A DNA stretch of 63,723 nt, the filler included, from Reticulomyxa filosa (Eukaryota > Protista > Foraminifera), in NCBI GenBank assembly GCA_000512085.1. It is 17 parts of 17 records of this genome, joined end to end, with 100 filler letters (N's around TTAATTAATTAA, not from the genome) between each part and the next. Parts side by side here need not be neighbours in the genome. Positions count along the whole stretch, not along the records: positions 13,652 to 14,840 come from ASPP01027213.1; positions 14,941 to 16,205 come from ASPP01010687.1; positions 16,306 to 33,930 come from ASPP01044484.1; 14 more parts are not named here. One strand, 5' to 3'. Position numbers and translations under genes: made by a program. The notes under the pieces were generated by a model. It was not told the DNA's origin. It saw nothing but the letters and a program-made list of their open reading frames with translations, and did not search any database. Of the stretch, positions 13,552-26,200 are shown in pieces. Positions within the stretch are counted from its first letter, which is position 1. Every line of letters begins with the position of its first letter.

Positions 13552-15511
13552 NNNNNNNNNNNNNNNNNNNNNNNNNNNNNNNNNNNNNNNNNNNNTTAAT
13601 TAATTAANNNNNNNNNNNNNNNNNNNNNNNNNNNNNNNNNNNNNNNNNNNNACGAGCATTTTTTATAATTTTACATCACAAAGGAAAAAAATATTTTTAT
13701 TTTTTTCGTCCCATAAATAAGCATTTACTCGCATTAACATCTACAAGGGAGAACTTTGGTTGTGTGAGGTCTGAAAACAAATTTTTATCATATAGAAAAA
13801 AAGATTGTAGTTATTTTCCAATGATAACAAAATATTAAAGAATAACTATTTATAAATTTTATAAAAAAATCAATATGTTCAACAAGTAATCTTTTTCATT
13901 TTGATTCACTGCATAATTAAAAAAAAAGAGCGAATATTCTGATTTTTTTTAATTGTGGTTCATTTTATTTTTTTTTTTAACATGTTTTTAAAAATGATCC
14001 AGTTTTATTCAAGCTATATAAAACTGTTTTTTTTTGTTAAATATTGTCAAACAGCTAGTATGTGTATATATTCTTTTTTTTGTATGGTAGGGACAGCTTT
14101 CTTTATTTTATAACAACACATGTGATAAACAAAAGTATTCGTTTGCGTTTTTTGAAATAATTAAAAATATATCATTTGATTAAAAAATTGCATATAAGAT
14201 GTCAATTATATAGATAACCGATCTTCTAAATGAAAAGATAACAATTAGTGAAATTTTAAAATATTTTTAAACATAGTTTTTTCATTTTTTCTTTTGGAAT
14301 TTTTTCAAAATGTGAATATTTTTTTGATTTTAAAAATTTTTGAAAAGTTTACATCATTGCTTTTCTATTTGTAGGGCAAGTCATGTTGTCTGCTGTTAAG
14401 ATTCGAGATTCCTTTTTCCCCAAAAGCTTAACAACTAACTTACTTTCTTTCATCTTCTGTTTATTACATTTCCTTTTTTTATTTACTAAATTCATTTTTT
14501 ATATTGAAATTACCCGATAAGAGCATTTTCGTATTACACTGCACTTTTTGCACTGGAGCCGCTACATATTCGTTAGATTGCCGACTTGTTTAGTGTTTTC
14601 AAATATATATTTAAATTAAAGGTATTTTGGTGTTTTATTGCTATGATTGCCTGTTATTGCTTTAAGATTTACCAATATTCAGTTTTAGTTTGGTGATCGA
14701 AACGGCGACAATGTGTCACAATTGTGTCAGTCGATGACGTTACGTGCATAACTCAAGTATCTGCAAAGCAACTTCTGATATTGAGTCATTAAGCAACATT
14801 TGAAGAAATATGATGAGGATTGTCAAAGGAGTATATATATNNNNNNNNNNNNNNNNNNNNNNNNNNNNNNNNNNNNNNNNNNNNTTAATTAATTAANNNN
14901 NNNNNNNNNNNNNNNNNNNNNNNNNNNNNNNNNNNNNNNNAAAACAAAAGCTACAGCAGGAAGTTCTCCTATTGCGGCAAGAGCTGGAACAAATCAAACA
15001 ACAATCGTCCAAGTAATTCTTGCAAACACATTCCCTTTGTAAACTACTTCTCTTTTTTTTCTCAATAGTGATAAACAATGTAGGCAGTCCTCAATTGTAT
15101 GGTGTGTGATGTCTGCATAAAAATGATTTTTTCTTTTATTTGTTGTCAATAAAACTGCTTTTTTTTTTTACAAAAAAAAATGCATTTGAATATTTGGAAA
15201 ATAAAATTTGGTGTACATTTCATAAGGAAAGTTTTTTTGCTTTTGGGTGAAGAGGGTACCGAATGGACAGTCCAGAAAAAAAATGATTTTAATTAGTAAA
15301 CAGTATTTGTTTAAACAATTGGATTAGCATATGGATCTAGCCTCCCTTTGCAAACTAGTATTCAATTGTGAACGAATCAAATATTGTGGGCTTTATTATC
15401 ACAACAACAAAAGGGTACCTTGTGGTTGTTTCTACTCCGCCAAGCACAAACGCAAAAGAACACCAAATGTATTTTTGGAGGCATAAGGGAAAGGAGGAAA
15501 GAAAAAAAATA

Positions 15512-16037
15512 TCACTGCAATTTCGACCATTCAGAGTGAACAAATTGATCGCTAACCACATTATCAGTTCTTTGATAAGTGTGAGCACCAAAGAAATCTC
15601 TTTGCGCTTGAGTTAAATTTGCAGGCAATCGACTACGACGGTAAGTGTCGAAGTAAGCCAAAGAAGCACTAATGGCAGGGCAAGGAATTCCGTTGGCCAC
15701 AGCAGTCTTTGAAAAAAAGATACATAATCAATATAATTTGAAAAAGATGACCATATCTTTATTTTTTTTTAAACAACAAAACTTGGACAACACGTCTCCA
15801 TGCAGCTTCTCTGTCACGAATTTCTTTAGCAAAATCAGGATCGATTAACAAAGAAACCAATTTGGGATTGGCCGTATAGGCAGCAGTGATTCGATCTAAG
15901 AAGGCGGCTCGAATAATGCAACCAGCTTTCCAAATGGAAGCAATTTTGCCTAAATCTAATTTCCAATGTCGTTCTTCGCCGACAGTTCGGATAAGATTCA
16001 TTCCTTGAGTATACGAACAAATCTTTGATGCATACAA
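15512..16037 (-). CDS. gnd: 6-phosphogluconate dehydrogenase, C-terminal two exons
   Basis: [22 protein letters not shown] and [19 protein letters not shown]; intron CAA|gttttg...tcaaag|ACT. Confidence 0.95.
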
Positions 16038-16899
16038 CTATGTGCACAATTTAAGTATAGAGTGAGGAGGGAGGACAAGGAAAAGAGGGGAAAGGAGGCC
16101 AAAAAAAAAAAAAAGTGATTGTTATACATTTTTATCATATAAGTGTGTATATAATATGACGTATAACAATAATGTCCCAGCAAAAAGGAATCAAACGGAA
16201 CAAACNNNNNNNNNNNNNNNNNNNNNNNNNNNNNNNNNNNNNNNNNNNNTTAATTAATTAANNNNNNNNNNNNNNNNNNNNNNNNNNNNNNNNNNNNNNN
16301 NNNNNTCATTTTAATTTTAATTTAATTTAGGTTAAGATATTTTAAGTTGTTGATAATGTCACTCTTTGAAGGAAATAACTGTTCTGGGACCCTTTTTGAC
16401 AGAAATTGAAATAAAAAAAAGCAGTTTGGCTAAAACGCAGAAGTTGTTTTACGTAGTTACACTGTCTTTCAGCTTTAACTGGAAGCCCAAAAATGAATGC
16501 AAATGGGTTTTTTGTTAATCGACCAACTCGGCCAAAAAAAGTTTAAACAACACTCCAAAATTTTGTCAGACAAATTGGTGATTGATTGTGCCAAATATTG
16601 TCGCACATTTTCCAAATACCACCAACATCCACAATTAATATGTACTTGATCTGTACAATATTTGTATCTTTTAATATTGAATATCTCATACGATCTAATA
16701 AATCCAAAAGAATATTTCTTGCTTTCTCTACTTACAACATAAAATATCTTGATTGTTTTGCTTTTTTGATAGAAACAGATATACTGAAAACGTCAAAAGA
16801 ATTCAAAGTATTAACTCATATTAAATGCTTTACAGCAGTTAAATCGAAAACTTCAATTGAATAAAACAACATGCATTGTAATATTCTTTTTTTAAAATA

Positions 16900-19210
16900 A
16901 ATAAATATAAAACATATCATCGATATCAGATTTATTAACTGAAGTTGTTTGTTGGAAGGGATCAGTGCTTATCTGATAAAGATACTTCAATATTTGATTA
17001 GATTTGAAGTTCATTTTGAAAATTTTTTTGGAGAAATGAGCCAGATCAAATGTACGTTCTCAAAGATAATTGTAAGTCGAAAGAAAGTCTTATCAAAAAA
17101 TGAAGAAATGAGATCCAATTGACTCGACCACATTGCAAAATGTGTATCGTTTAAGACAATTGCTTGCTCAATAGAAAGAAAAAAGTCAACTACAATTTCA
17201 ACATGTGTATACTGTTTATAAGTAAATAAATTGGAAACAAAAACCAATTGATGCAGATATGGTTAATCGACTTGAAAACGTAAGAGCTGTTAAAGGCAAA
17301 ATTATTGATGTCAAGTATAACTACGACATGCAACTTATTCACAAAAGACTAAATCCCTTTCATGATGAAGAATACTGCCAATCAAAAATACAACAAAAAC
17401 ATGGAAACAAGAAGTAAAAAAATGAAATTACAAGATCAAATATTGCATGGCAAATAGTATTTGATATTGGAAAATACACGAATGGCTGCGAAAGAAAAGC
17501 AATTCGATGATAAAGCTATACTAAAAGCAACTAGAAAACATCGACTAGAATACTTATGTAGAAAATCACCAATAATTGCATTCACACCAGTTAATTGAAA
17601 CATATTACGATCAACGACATCGTATTGAACAAGAAAGTGATAGCCATAAAAGTGAATGAAAATATATTCTAGCATAAATCGCGAACACTTTATGTGCAAT
17701 TCGATAATCAACAGATAGACGAAAACTCATTGTAGTGCATTGACGGTATATTCAATCAGATTTATCTCCAACATGAACCAGAAAACAATAAAAAAGAAAA
17801 AAAAAACAATCACATGCTTTGTATACAATATGGAGTACGCAATCGAGCAAAATGAAAAAAAAAGACATAAGTGAAGATAATGAAATGGACATATATGTGA
17901 TAATGAAAAATTTGTATCTGAATGAAAGAGATTATTATATTATGGAAGCAATGCAAGAAATAGAATACAACATTGAGAAAGTTGATATGTTTAAAGGTCT
18001 CCATATTGTGAAAGTTATGTTTGTCACACTGAATGATGTGAAAATAGAAATATGAGAAAAGGAACTAAGAATTGGGTACATAAAGTTAATTTGCGAGCTG
18101 TTTAACAGATACATGAGCATATAGAGGTTGCACTTCATTCAATGTAGTAAGTGCTTTGGTTTGAACCACTTCGCTAAACAATTCGCCAAGAAGCATGTAT
18201 TTAAGTACTTCATACGAAAGTAAAATAAGTCAGAAGATTTCTATAATAAGAAAAAGACAATCAGTTACAGATTCGTCATTTGCATTGGAAATCATGAAGT
18301 GATTTAATCTTGTCATATGATCTGATAATTTCGACAAAAGATTAGAATTAACTTCTCAGACTAGAGAAAGTGTTAATATTGAAACAAAAACAAATAATTT
18401 AGAAGCAAACACAAAAACATAAAGACTAAGGACAAATTGAAGTCAGTACAAATAAACTGAAACTATCTTTACTGTATTAAGCATGAACCAAGAACGGCCC
18501 AACAAAGGACGCAAAGGTCAATATTATCAAGTCTAAGACAACTATCTAGAAGTATACTCAATATTAACAGAACAACAACAAACAATACAACACTAACATG
18601 AGCAACGACGTGTATAAGCTACAAGCAGAAATTGCAAAACTACGCGCGACTGTTGAATGATTGACAGCAATTGTTCAATCTTTGAACAATTTCTTCGACA
18701 TCAAGAAGATAACAATTACAGCGAACATGAAACCAATTTCTTGGAATATGATAATGAACTAGTTGATCATATTCCAAAACAATATTAACTGCTTCTATTC
18801 AAAAGTACAACTGCTGTATCAGAACATACACGTAGTCCAATAACACATATGTATCATTCATTGAGAACAGAAGAATTAACAAACAACAATTCAATTCCAG
18901 AATACATATAACTAGTTCTGGATTGAAACAGTAAGAACAGATCTAATGTATTGACTATACATATTACAATCATTATGTTATGAATAATATTTTGTGGAAA
19001 TCAGCTACCTATGTCAAAGAAAATCGATTATGTTCTGTAGTATATACAGTAAAATGAAAAAGACTTATGTTTATTGCAAAGGTTCTGAAGAATAATCAGC
19101 AACACTAGCATTGGTTTCTTTCAATTTAGAATCGTTTGAAAAAGAATTGGCTGCTGCAAGACTAATTTCAGAGTTCATTGTCGTTGGAGGTGATTGGAAT
19201 ACACTACTGA
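16900..19210 (+). mobile_element. Decayed non-LTR (LINE) retrotransposon: ORF1 zinc knuckle plus start of the ORF2 APE endonuclease
   Basis: The frame of ORF 17819..18055 continues through two stops to IQCSKCFGLNHFAKQF (degenerate CCHC, ~18137-18184). Downstream remnants include NINCFYSK, FCSIY and EFIVVGGDWN (19171-19200; APE GDFN motif). Boundaries are approximate. Confidence 0.7.
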
Positions 19211-20057
19211 CTAGAAAAAAAAGATGTTTCTTTAAACTTTTTGTTTTTTTGCAAATAATTTTGTTTCAAGCTCCAAACTCTTAACATGAGAAATGTTGAA
19301 TATACAAAACAGTCAAGTGAAAACTAAAGCAATGGCTTTCATGTGACAACAATTTATTCGAAGAAAATAAACAAACTTTGAAATTTTTCATAGAGAATAC
19401 TTTAGACTGCTTAAATTAATGAGAAAAAGGAGCACGTAAACAGAGATCAACAATGTTGATAAATATTTGAATGTAAAGAAAAACAACCAATTTTTCTAAA
19501 AAACACATCATACTTTTCTCAGTCCAACCAATAATTGCGTTAAGGTCCCATTTAATTTGTATTTGAATCCTGAAAACAAGCAATTGAACTCTTAACTTTA
19601 ACTCGGATTGGGTGACGAATTAAAAGAATTTAAGTATTCCTTTGAACTTAAATTTCTTTTTAACTAAAATATTCTTTAAATTAACTGTAGTGGTTACATT
19701 TGTCACGCATTGTGATTTGTTGAGATCTATCCATTATAAATGATGTTCCTTTTACGATACCTTCATTTATTAACTATCACTGTCTTTCAAAACTAAGAAA
19801 TACATTTTTAAATAATGTTTTTGTTAGGGAATATGTAAAAAAAAGATACTTGTTTTATAAGCAAAATTGGCATATTGTCAATTGTGTTTTGTATTTTAAA
19901 AATTTAAAAGTTAAGAAAATTGAAGGAATTGAATTTTTTCATTGCTATCAAACTGATATTTCAATAATTTTTCAAGTTACGTTTATGATTACATAATTAA
20001 AATAAAAAAAGTTTAAACATTTCAAAATAGAGTAATAAAGTAGTTAAATAAAAAAAC

Positions 20058-22143
20058 TCAAAAGTGAAATCTCCTTTTACTTCTTTTCATGAAATGCTTG
20101 AGATTTGTAGGAGTAATGCGGTAAAAGGCAGTTGACGTTAAAGACAACAAAGAACTCAGCTGAAAACCTTGAGATTTTGTCGTTTGAATTTGAAGTGACT
20201 TTTGAATATTTTGTAGCAACTTCAGCTGTTTTTGATCCATGCTCTCATAGTTCAACATAAAATAAAAATAAACAATATAATTTGCTGTCACAATTATCCA
20301 TCGTATACTACTTATTATCTGTTCGAGATTGTATTGAAATTTTGTGTAATTGATATGTAAATTGAATTTTATAAAAAATAAAACTACCGTATTTTGCCTT
20401 GTGAGATCAGGTTGCTCGCTGTTCCAATTCACAAAATAGCTACTAAAATATTTTTCACACCAAAAGCCAATAAAAGTGGTTCCATACATCATTGTTCGTG
20501 CACTTTGGACTCTGACAGGAACTGTGGCGACGTAACACAATATCTGTTTCAATATAAAAAACCCTTTTTTTAGAAAGAACGGAAAGAACAAGAGATATAC
20601 AAACAATCCAAGCAAAATAAAACACGACGAAGTTGAGGCTCATGAAATGATGAAGTGTATGGATATCCAGTGCGTAGATGTTTTTCACAATAATTAAAAT
20701 GTCGTTGATGGATTCCATTACCGAGTGATAAGATTCCTCTGTAACGGTGTACAGCTCATGAATAAATTCATTTGTTTGGTTTAAACGAATTAATTGTTGC
20801 TCTGTTGTTCGTTGCAGCTCTTTATATGTTTGTTTGTTCAGTTCCTCCAATTCACTTGCTTTTGTGCTTATTTCATTCATTTTTTCAACTGTTTTTTGCT
20901 CTTCATTTAGTAAATGCAATTGATTTTGGTGGGTCTGTTGAAAATGTGCATTGATAATTTGTTTACTTTTTTCTACGTCTTCCAATGTCTCCATTTGTTT
21001 GCGAAGAATTTCTTCTTGTGTTTTTTGAGATTCTTGTTGCAATCGTATCGAATTTTCCACATTTTCATTCAAAGAACGTTGCCTCTTTTTATCATTTATT
21101 TATTTTCAAGAAAACTATTTTAAAAATAACAAAAAAAACACCAACTTGAGATACGTTTTCGACCAGGAGAGACATCTTTGTTTGTGACTCCATTAAGTCA
21201 TTCTGACGGTCGTTTAATTTCTTCATTTCTCCATTCATATTTGCATTGAATTCCATCATCAGTTTTTGGTTAGCCAACGCTTTGTTTTGCTTTTCAATTT
21301 GCTCATCTACATTTTTTTGAATAAAATGTGAATTGAATGAATTGAAAATTAGTTGTAAACTTAAAAAAACCTGATAATTGTTGCAAAGTTTTCAACGCAT
21401 TGGATTGCCTTTGATACTCTTCCAGCCATTGTCCGTGTTGCAATTTCAACTGTTCGTGAAATTTGAGTGATTCACGTTCCATATTTTCTAAATACTCTCC
21501 GGTATTCAAAGTGGCTGTATACAGCTGATAAATGCTTTGAGCAACCATTTTTTGTTCACTTTGCACAATGTGATGCAAGCAAATATCGTCTGTATATGTA
21601 AAAAAATTGTTATATGTTGAAAAAGCGCGGAAATCTTCGGTCAGCTTTTTAACGCACTTTTTTTGTTTGTTTATTTTAAATTGTTATTAAGGGACTTGAA
21701 AGTTTCTAAATGCATTTTAAAAAAACCTGCACAATTTCATCGCTCTTTTTATTTTGGCATGGATCAATCGAAATTCCTGACTGAAGTAAATGGCAATGAG
21801 TCAATTTGTAAGCAATAAGTGCTTTATTTTGATAATTTAACTCTTCTTGTCCACAAACGTTATTTAGCAGATCCAATACTATGTACTTCCAGCATGGTGT
21901 TTCTTCACTTTTTAGGAAAGGCTTTTCAATTTTATTTTTTATGCTTTTTTTTGTTATTGTTTTCTTAATTGCCAATATTTAGAAATTTGTTAAAACCTCA
22001 AGTTGCTTTCTTCCTTGTTCAATTCGAAGATGAACTTCTTCCATGTTGACCTGACTGAAAACATTCAACGTATTTTCCGTGTTTGCATTTCCGACACATA
22101 GAGTGAAAACAAAGTAAAATAAAATTAAAAAAGTTTGCTTCAT
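20058..22143 (-). CDS. GEX1: GEX1/KAR5/Brambleberry-family nuclear-envelope fusion protein, 7 exons
   Basis: Signal peptide MKQTFLILFYFVFTLCVG. Cys-rich domain PCW...VC...KALIAYKLTHCHLLQSG...PC...CVKKL...FSTYNNFFTYTDDIC. Long coiled coil, then C-terminal hydrophobic helices. Six GT-AG introns keep the frame. Confidence 0.85.
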
Positions 22144-23291
22144 ATTATTTTATTTTCTAAAATTCATGTCATATCTAAAAAATAAGATGCCGCTTCTTTT
22201 TCATATAATTAGTGTTATGAGTACATCGTATCTTAGCTCATTTTGTTTGGCATAAAATAGTCTTGTTTCATGGTAGATGCGTCATATTTTTCCAATAAAT
22301 ATTTGCTCAATTTAATTTTTCTTGGAAGTTTCAATACAATTTTTTGTTTTTGGGAAAACAAAATGAAGAGTGTCCACCTAAGAGTGAAGCAGTTTAAAAC
22401 GACCAGTCAAAATTTCTTTTTTTCCAACTATCTTTGCTTAATTTTTTTAATTCTTTAATCACCGTTCTATTTTTATTAGCATCTGATTGATTCAATAAAG
22501 CTACAGTCTGAGATGTTGAAGGTGTATATTGTTAGTTTCCTTTTGGTTTGATACTTTGTTTCAACGAATATATTATTTTTTGGCGGGTATATGAGTGTGA
22601 AGCGATGTTAGATTAAGGTTGTTCTTCGTTTTTTTCAACAAAAAAATTAGACCAAATAAAAAATAAAAAGCAAATAAATACAAAAAAAATAATTTGCAAA
22701 AAAGAGAGATCTAAGTTTCCTTGCACTTCAGTCCTATGAGACAGTAGAATACAACAAAAGTTGAAGCTAAAAATTATCTTTATAGAGATAGTTACCTTTC
22801 TCTGTGCAAGCCAAAGTTTTTTATAATATATGTCTTTGTGATGAATACTCTCTAAAATGTTTAAAACTTTCATTACGAATTATACATTGTTACAAAATAG
22901 ATAAAAGATCAAATATGTTAAAATTTTTGAAAGATTAAATAAAAACTAATAATATTTGAAAACTACAACATTTACACATATGTTTTTGCAAAACTTGTGA
23001 TTAAATGTGGATTTTTTACGAAAAATCGATTATCTTTGAAGATCATATTTTGCCTGTCAATTTTTTACATTTACTATAACTTAAATAGTTTGATTAAAGA
23101 CATTAAAGATTACTCTAATTTTTAAAAACTTATCGTTTTCCGACGTGATTATATTCTACATTTTGCTATTATGCCATTAATTATTATATGGCATACAATC
23201 AAATCATTTAATGTCCTACAAAAAAATTGAGGAAAATAATAACTAAGAGCATTATTTGAAGATTATCATTGATAGATCAAGATAAATAACT

Positions 23292-26200
23292 ATGGCCACC
23301 TTTAGTGGTGTAAAATCGCGAAAACAACTGACAATGTTGGGTATTGATTCAGAAACAAAGTTAGCAGAGGAAAATCCTGAAACAGTACTGCAAAAAGATG
23401 TTGGTGTGTTTATACCTAAAGAATTGGAAGATGCTGAGATTGAGACATTTACCATAGAAAAATTGCTTTCGTATGTGATTTGAAAGGTGTTTGTGGTGTC
23501 CCGAACGAGCATCCATCACGGATACAAAGGTGTGTATGGGGTGTGACGGGGTGCATCGTTCGAACATAGATTCCATGGCGAGAATAAAATCATTGCCATT
23601 ACAAACTCGTCGTCATTCAACGATGACGAAAAGGGTGAGCACCTGGGACGAGGAGACGAGCCGATATATCAATTGGTATTTGACATTAAGCACTGTATTT
23701 TCACTGCACGAAACAACACAACATTGTTGTTTTCTATTTTTGACGATAGCCGCAAAATATTTTTGACGTTAAATTTTTTTTTTTTTTATGTACGATCAAA
23801 CTTTGATCATAACCATTGCAAAAAAAAAAAAAAAAAAAAAGGGAAAGGACAAAAAAAAATTCTTTTTTTTAAAAACAATAATCGGGCGACATTGCGATGG
23901 GTGTGCAGAGAGGAATATTGCCTGACATTAACAGAAAAGAACTTTCCAACCGTGGGAGGGCCAGAAGATTGTAAAGTGCTATTTCGCGATTTGAGACAAG
24001 AAGACCTTGACAAAGACTTGTACATTGTATGCAAAATTTATCGTCTGGGTCCCATGGAAGCACCCGACATAAAGACAAAAAAGAAGAAGACAACAGTGAA
24101 AGACGTAATTCGTCCCTACGGGGTGACCGTGATTCCATTGCGCGAAAAAGTTGGCAAATTGCTTCAATCGATCGGAACGGAAGTGGACTATGAGCCAAGC
24201 ACAGCGCAAATTTGGTGTCCAAAGGAGGAAGGGTATTTTGTGCAGTTGCCTTTTGACCTGATTGAAAAAAAGAAAAACGCGCCTTGCGCAGTGGCGCTCA
24301 TGTCGATTGGGATTGCACACTCGCTCACACTATATCAAGGTCAGCATGAAGAGTTGCAAAAAAGCTATGCATCATATGCGAAGCTAACACATGTACAGAC
24401 ATTGGAGGTGAACCCTCAAACGCATTCGGAACGACACGAGTTATACGTCACGGTGTTGGACGTGCACGTCAGCCAACGAAATAAGCGTTCGGCATGCAAC
24501 ATCATGTGCAAAGTGTCGCTGCGCGATGAACATTACGAGCCGATTGCTGGGGCGGTTATGATGGGACGTGGCGGAATGGCGCATCCCGAAAGTGAACATG
24601 AGTCGCCTGTGTATTACCATACCAATGACCCGACCATTAGTCAAACGTATGTCATTACAGTGCCATCGGAACTCAAAGACATGGAAAAGTGTCATTTGTT
24701 CATCTCGCTTTGGCATACGCCAACCAGTTTGAATAAAATGGATGAACGTGGGTTCGCTTTCTTGCCATTGTTTGATTCCAAATTACGACAAATGAAAGCA
24801 AACAAGGTATACTCGCTTGACGTATACCGAATCGACGGCAAGAGATCGATCCATTATTTGGACAATTATTCCAGCTTGAAAACTGAAGGCAAGCAAATCC
24901 AAATCCAATGGAGACTGTGTTCCACGAAGATATTGCCGGACAATGACGTGCACACTTTTATGACATGGGAGCATCAAGACACCAAAACACTGGCATTTGC
25001 TATCCAACGTGTGCAAAGAAAGCCCTTTGGAGATCTCATGCAGGTGCTGGACGAGTTTATGAAGGTCGTATTTCGAATTATGTCGACATTGCAAAGGGAC
25101 CCTGCCATGGTGGAACAGAGCTTTTTTGCACTTGTTGGTATACTTGGCGAAGTGAACAAAGGTGTGAACATTCGTTTTAAGACACGCATTGAAGAATGGA
25201 TTCAATATCGCTTTGAACATCCCGGAATTTGGAAAGTCTTGGCTGATCAACTTTTGAAGCTGCTCAAATGGATCGCTTCCGATGATGCGAAAAAAGCAGA
25301 TGGCAAAGACGCTTCTCCTGATCTGGTTCGACAAGGAGCCGAAATCGCACGACAATTGACCAAGGCAATGCGCGGTATTCAATACTTGTTCTTGTTGATG
25401 AAACGGTCCGTCGATTTGGAAATCCAAAAAGATAAGGAGGCAAAAATGCGAATTCAAATGGAGTATGATAATAGAATGAATACCATTTTCGAATGCTTAA
25501 ATCGGGTCATGGGGTTAACTGAACCTAGGACTGTCCCTGGCGTGCAAAGTTTTGCCATGAAAGGATTCTTGCATTTGTTTGCTTGCTTGACCACGCAAAA
25601 CTCACAAGATTTCACCAAACGCACTGTGCGATTTGTCGAAGCTGCGCAAAACACTGGCGTGGTCAATAGCGTGGAAAAATTGCTGCTCATATTGCGTGTC
25701 TTGGAAAATCCCAAGTTTCAGCGCAAAGATATTGTTGAATTGTTCTTACCTTGCGTGGCCAAGCAATTAGTATTTCACATGTCCCAAAGTATTGATGAAC
25801 AGATTGCTTGTGCCATCACCATTGACAAATGCGTGCCATACTTAGATCCAAAGAGACCTCGCGTGTTAAGATCTCTGGAACGCAATGCTGTGCGTGTTGT
25901 TTATGATGGTAAAGGATGCGAGCCCCGCGATGAGCTATTCCAGCAATTTACACATTTGTTGCTGCTCTTCTTCAGTCTTTTGGACAACGTTCGAAAAGTC
26001 GACATTTCTGAACTTGCCAACGCTCAAAGAATATTTGGGAAACCCTTGGAAAAAAATCCTAGCCAATGGCCACGAGGATTAGCCGCACCCAACGTGGATC
26101 TCATTGCTCCCGATCAAATCCTCATTCATCGCTCCTTCTTGGTGACCATTGCAGAGCTGTCGCGTTTATTGACTGGCAGCAATGCGAAGCCGGAAACGTT

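Noticed and set aside
14690-14712. TGGTGATCGAAACGGCG as an LTR primer-binding site
   Set aside because: No adjacent LTR-terminal CA or gag frame, and no tRNA match I can support.
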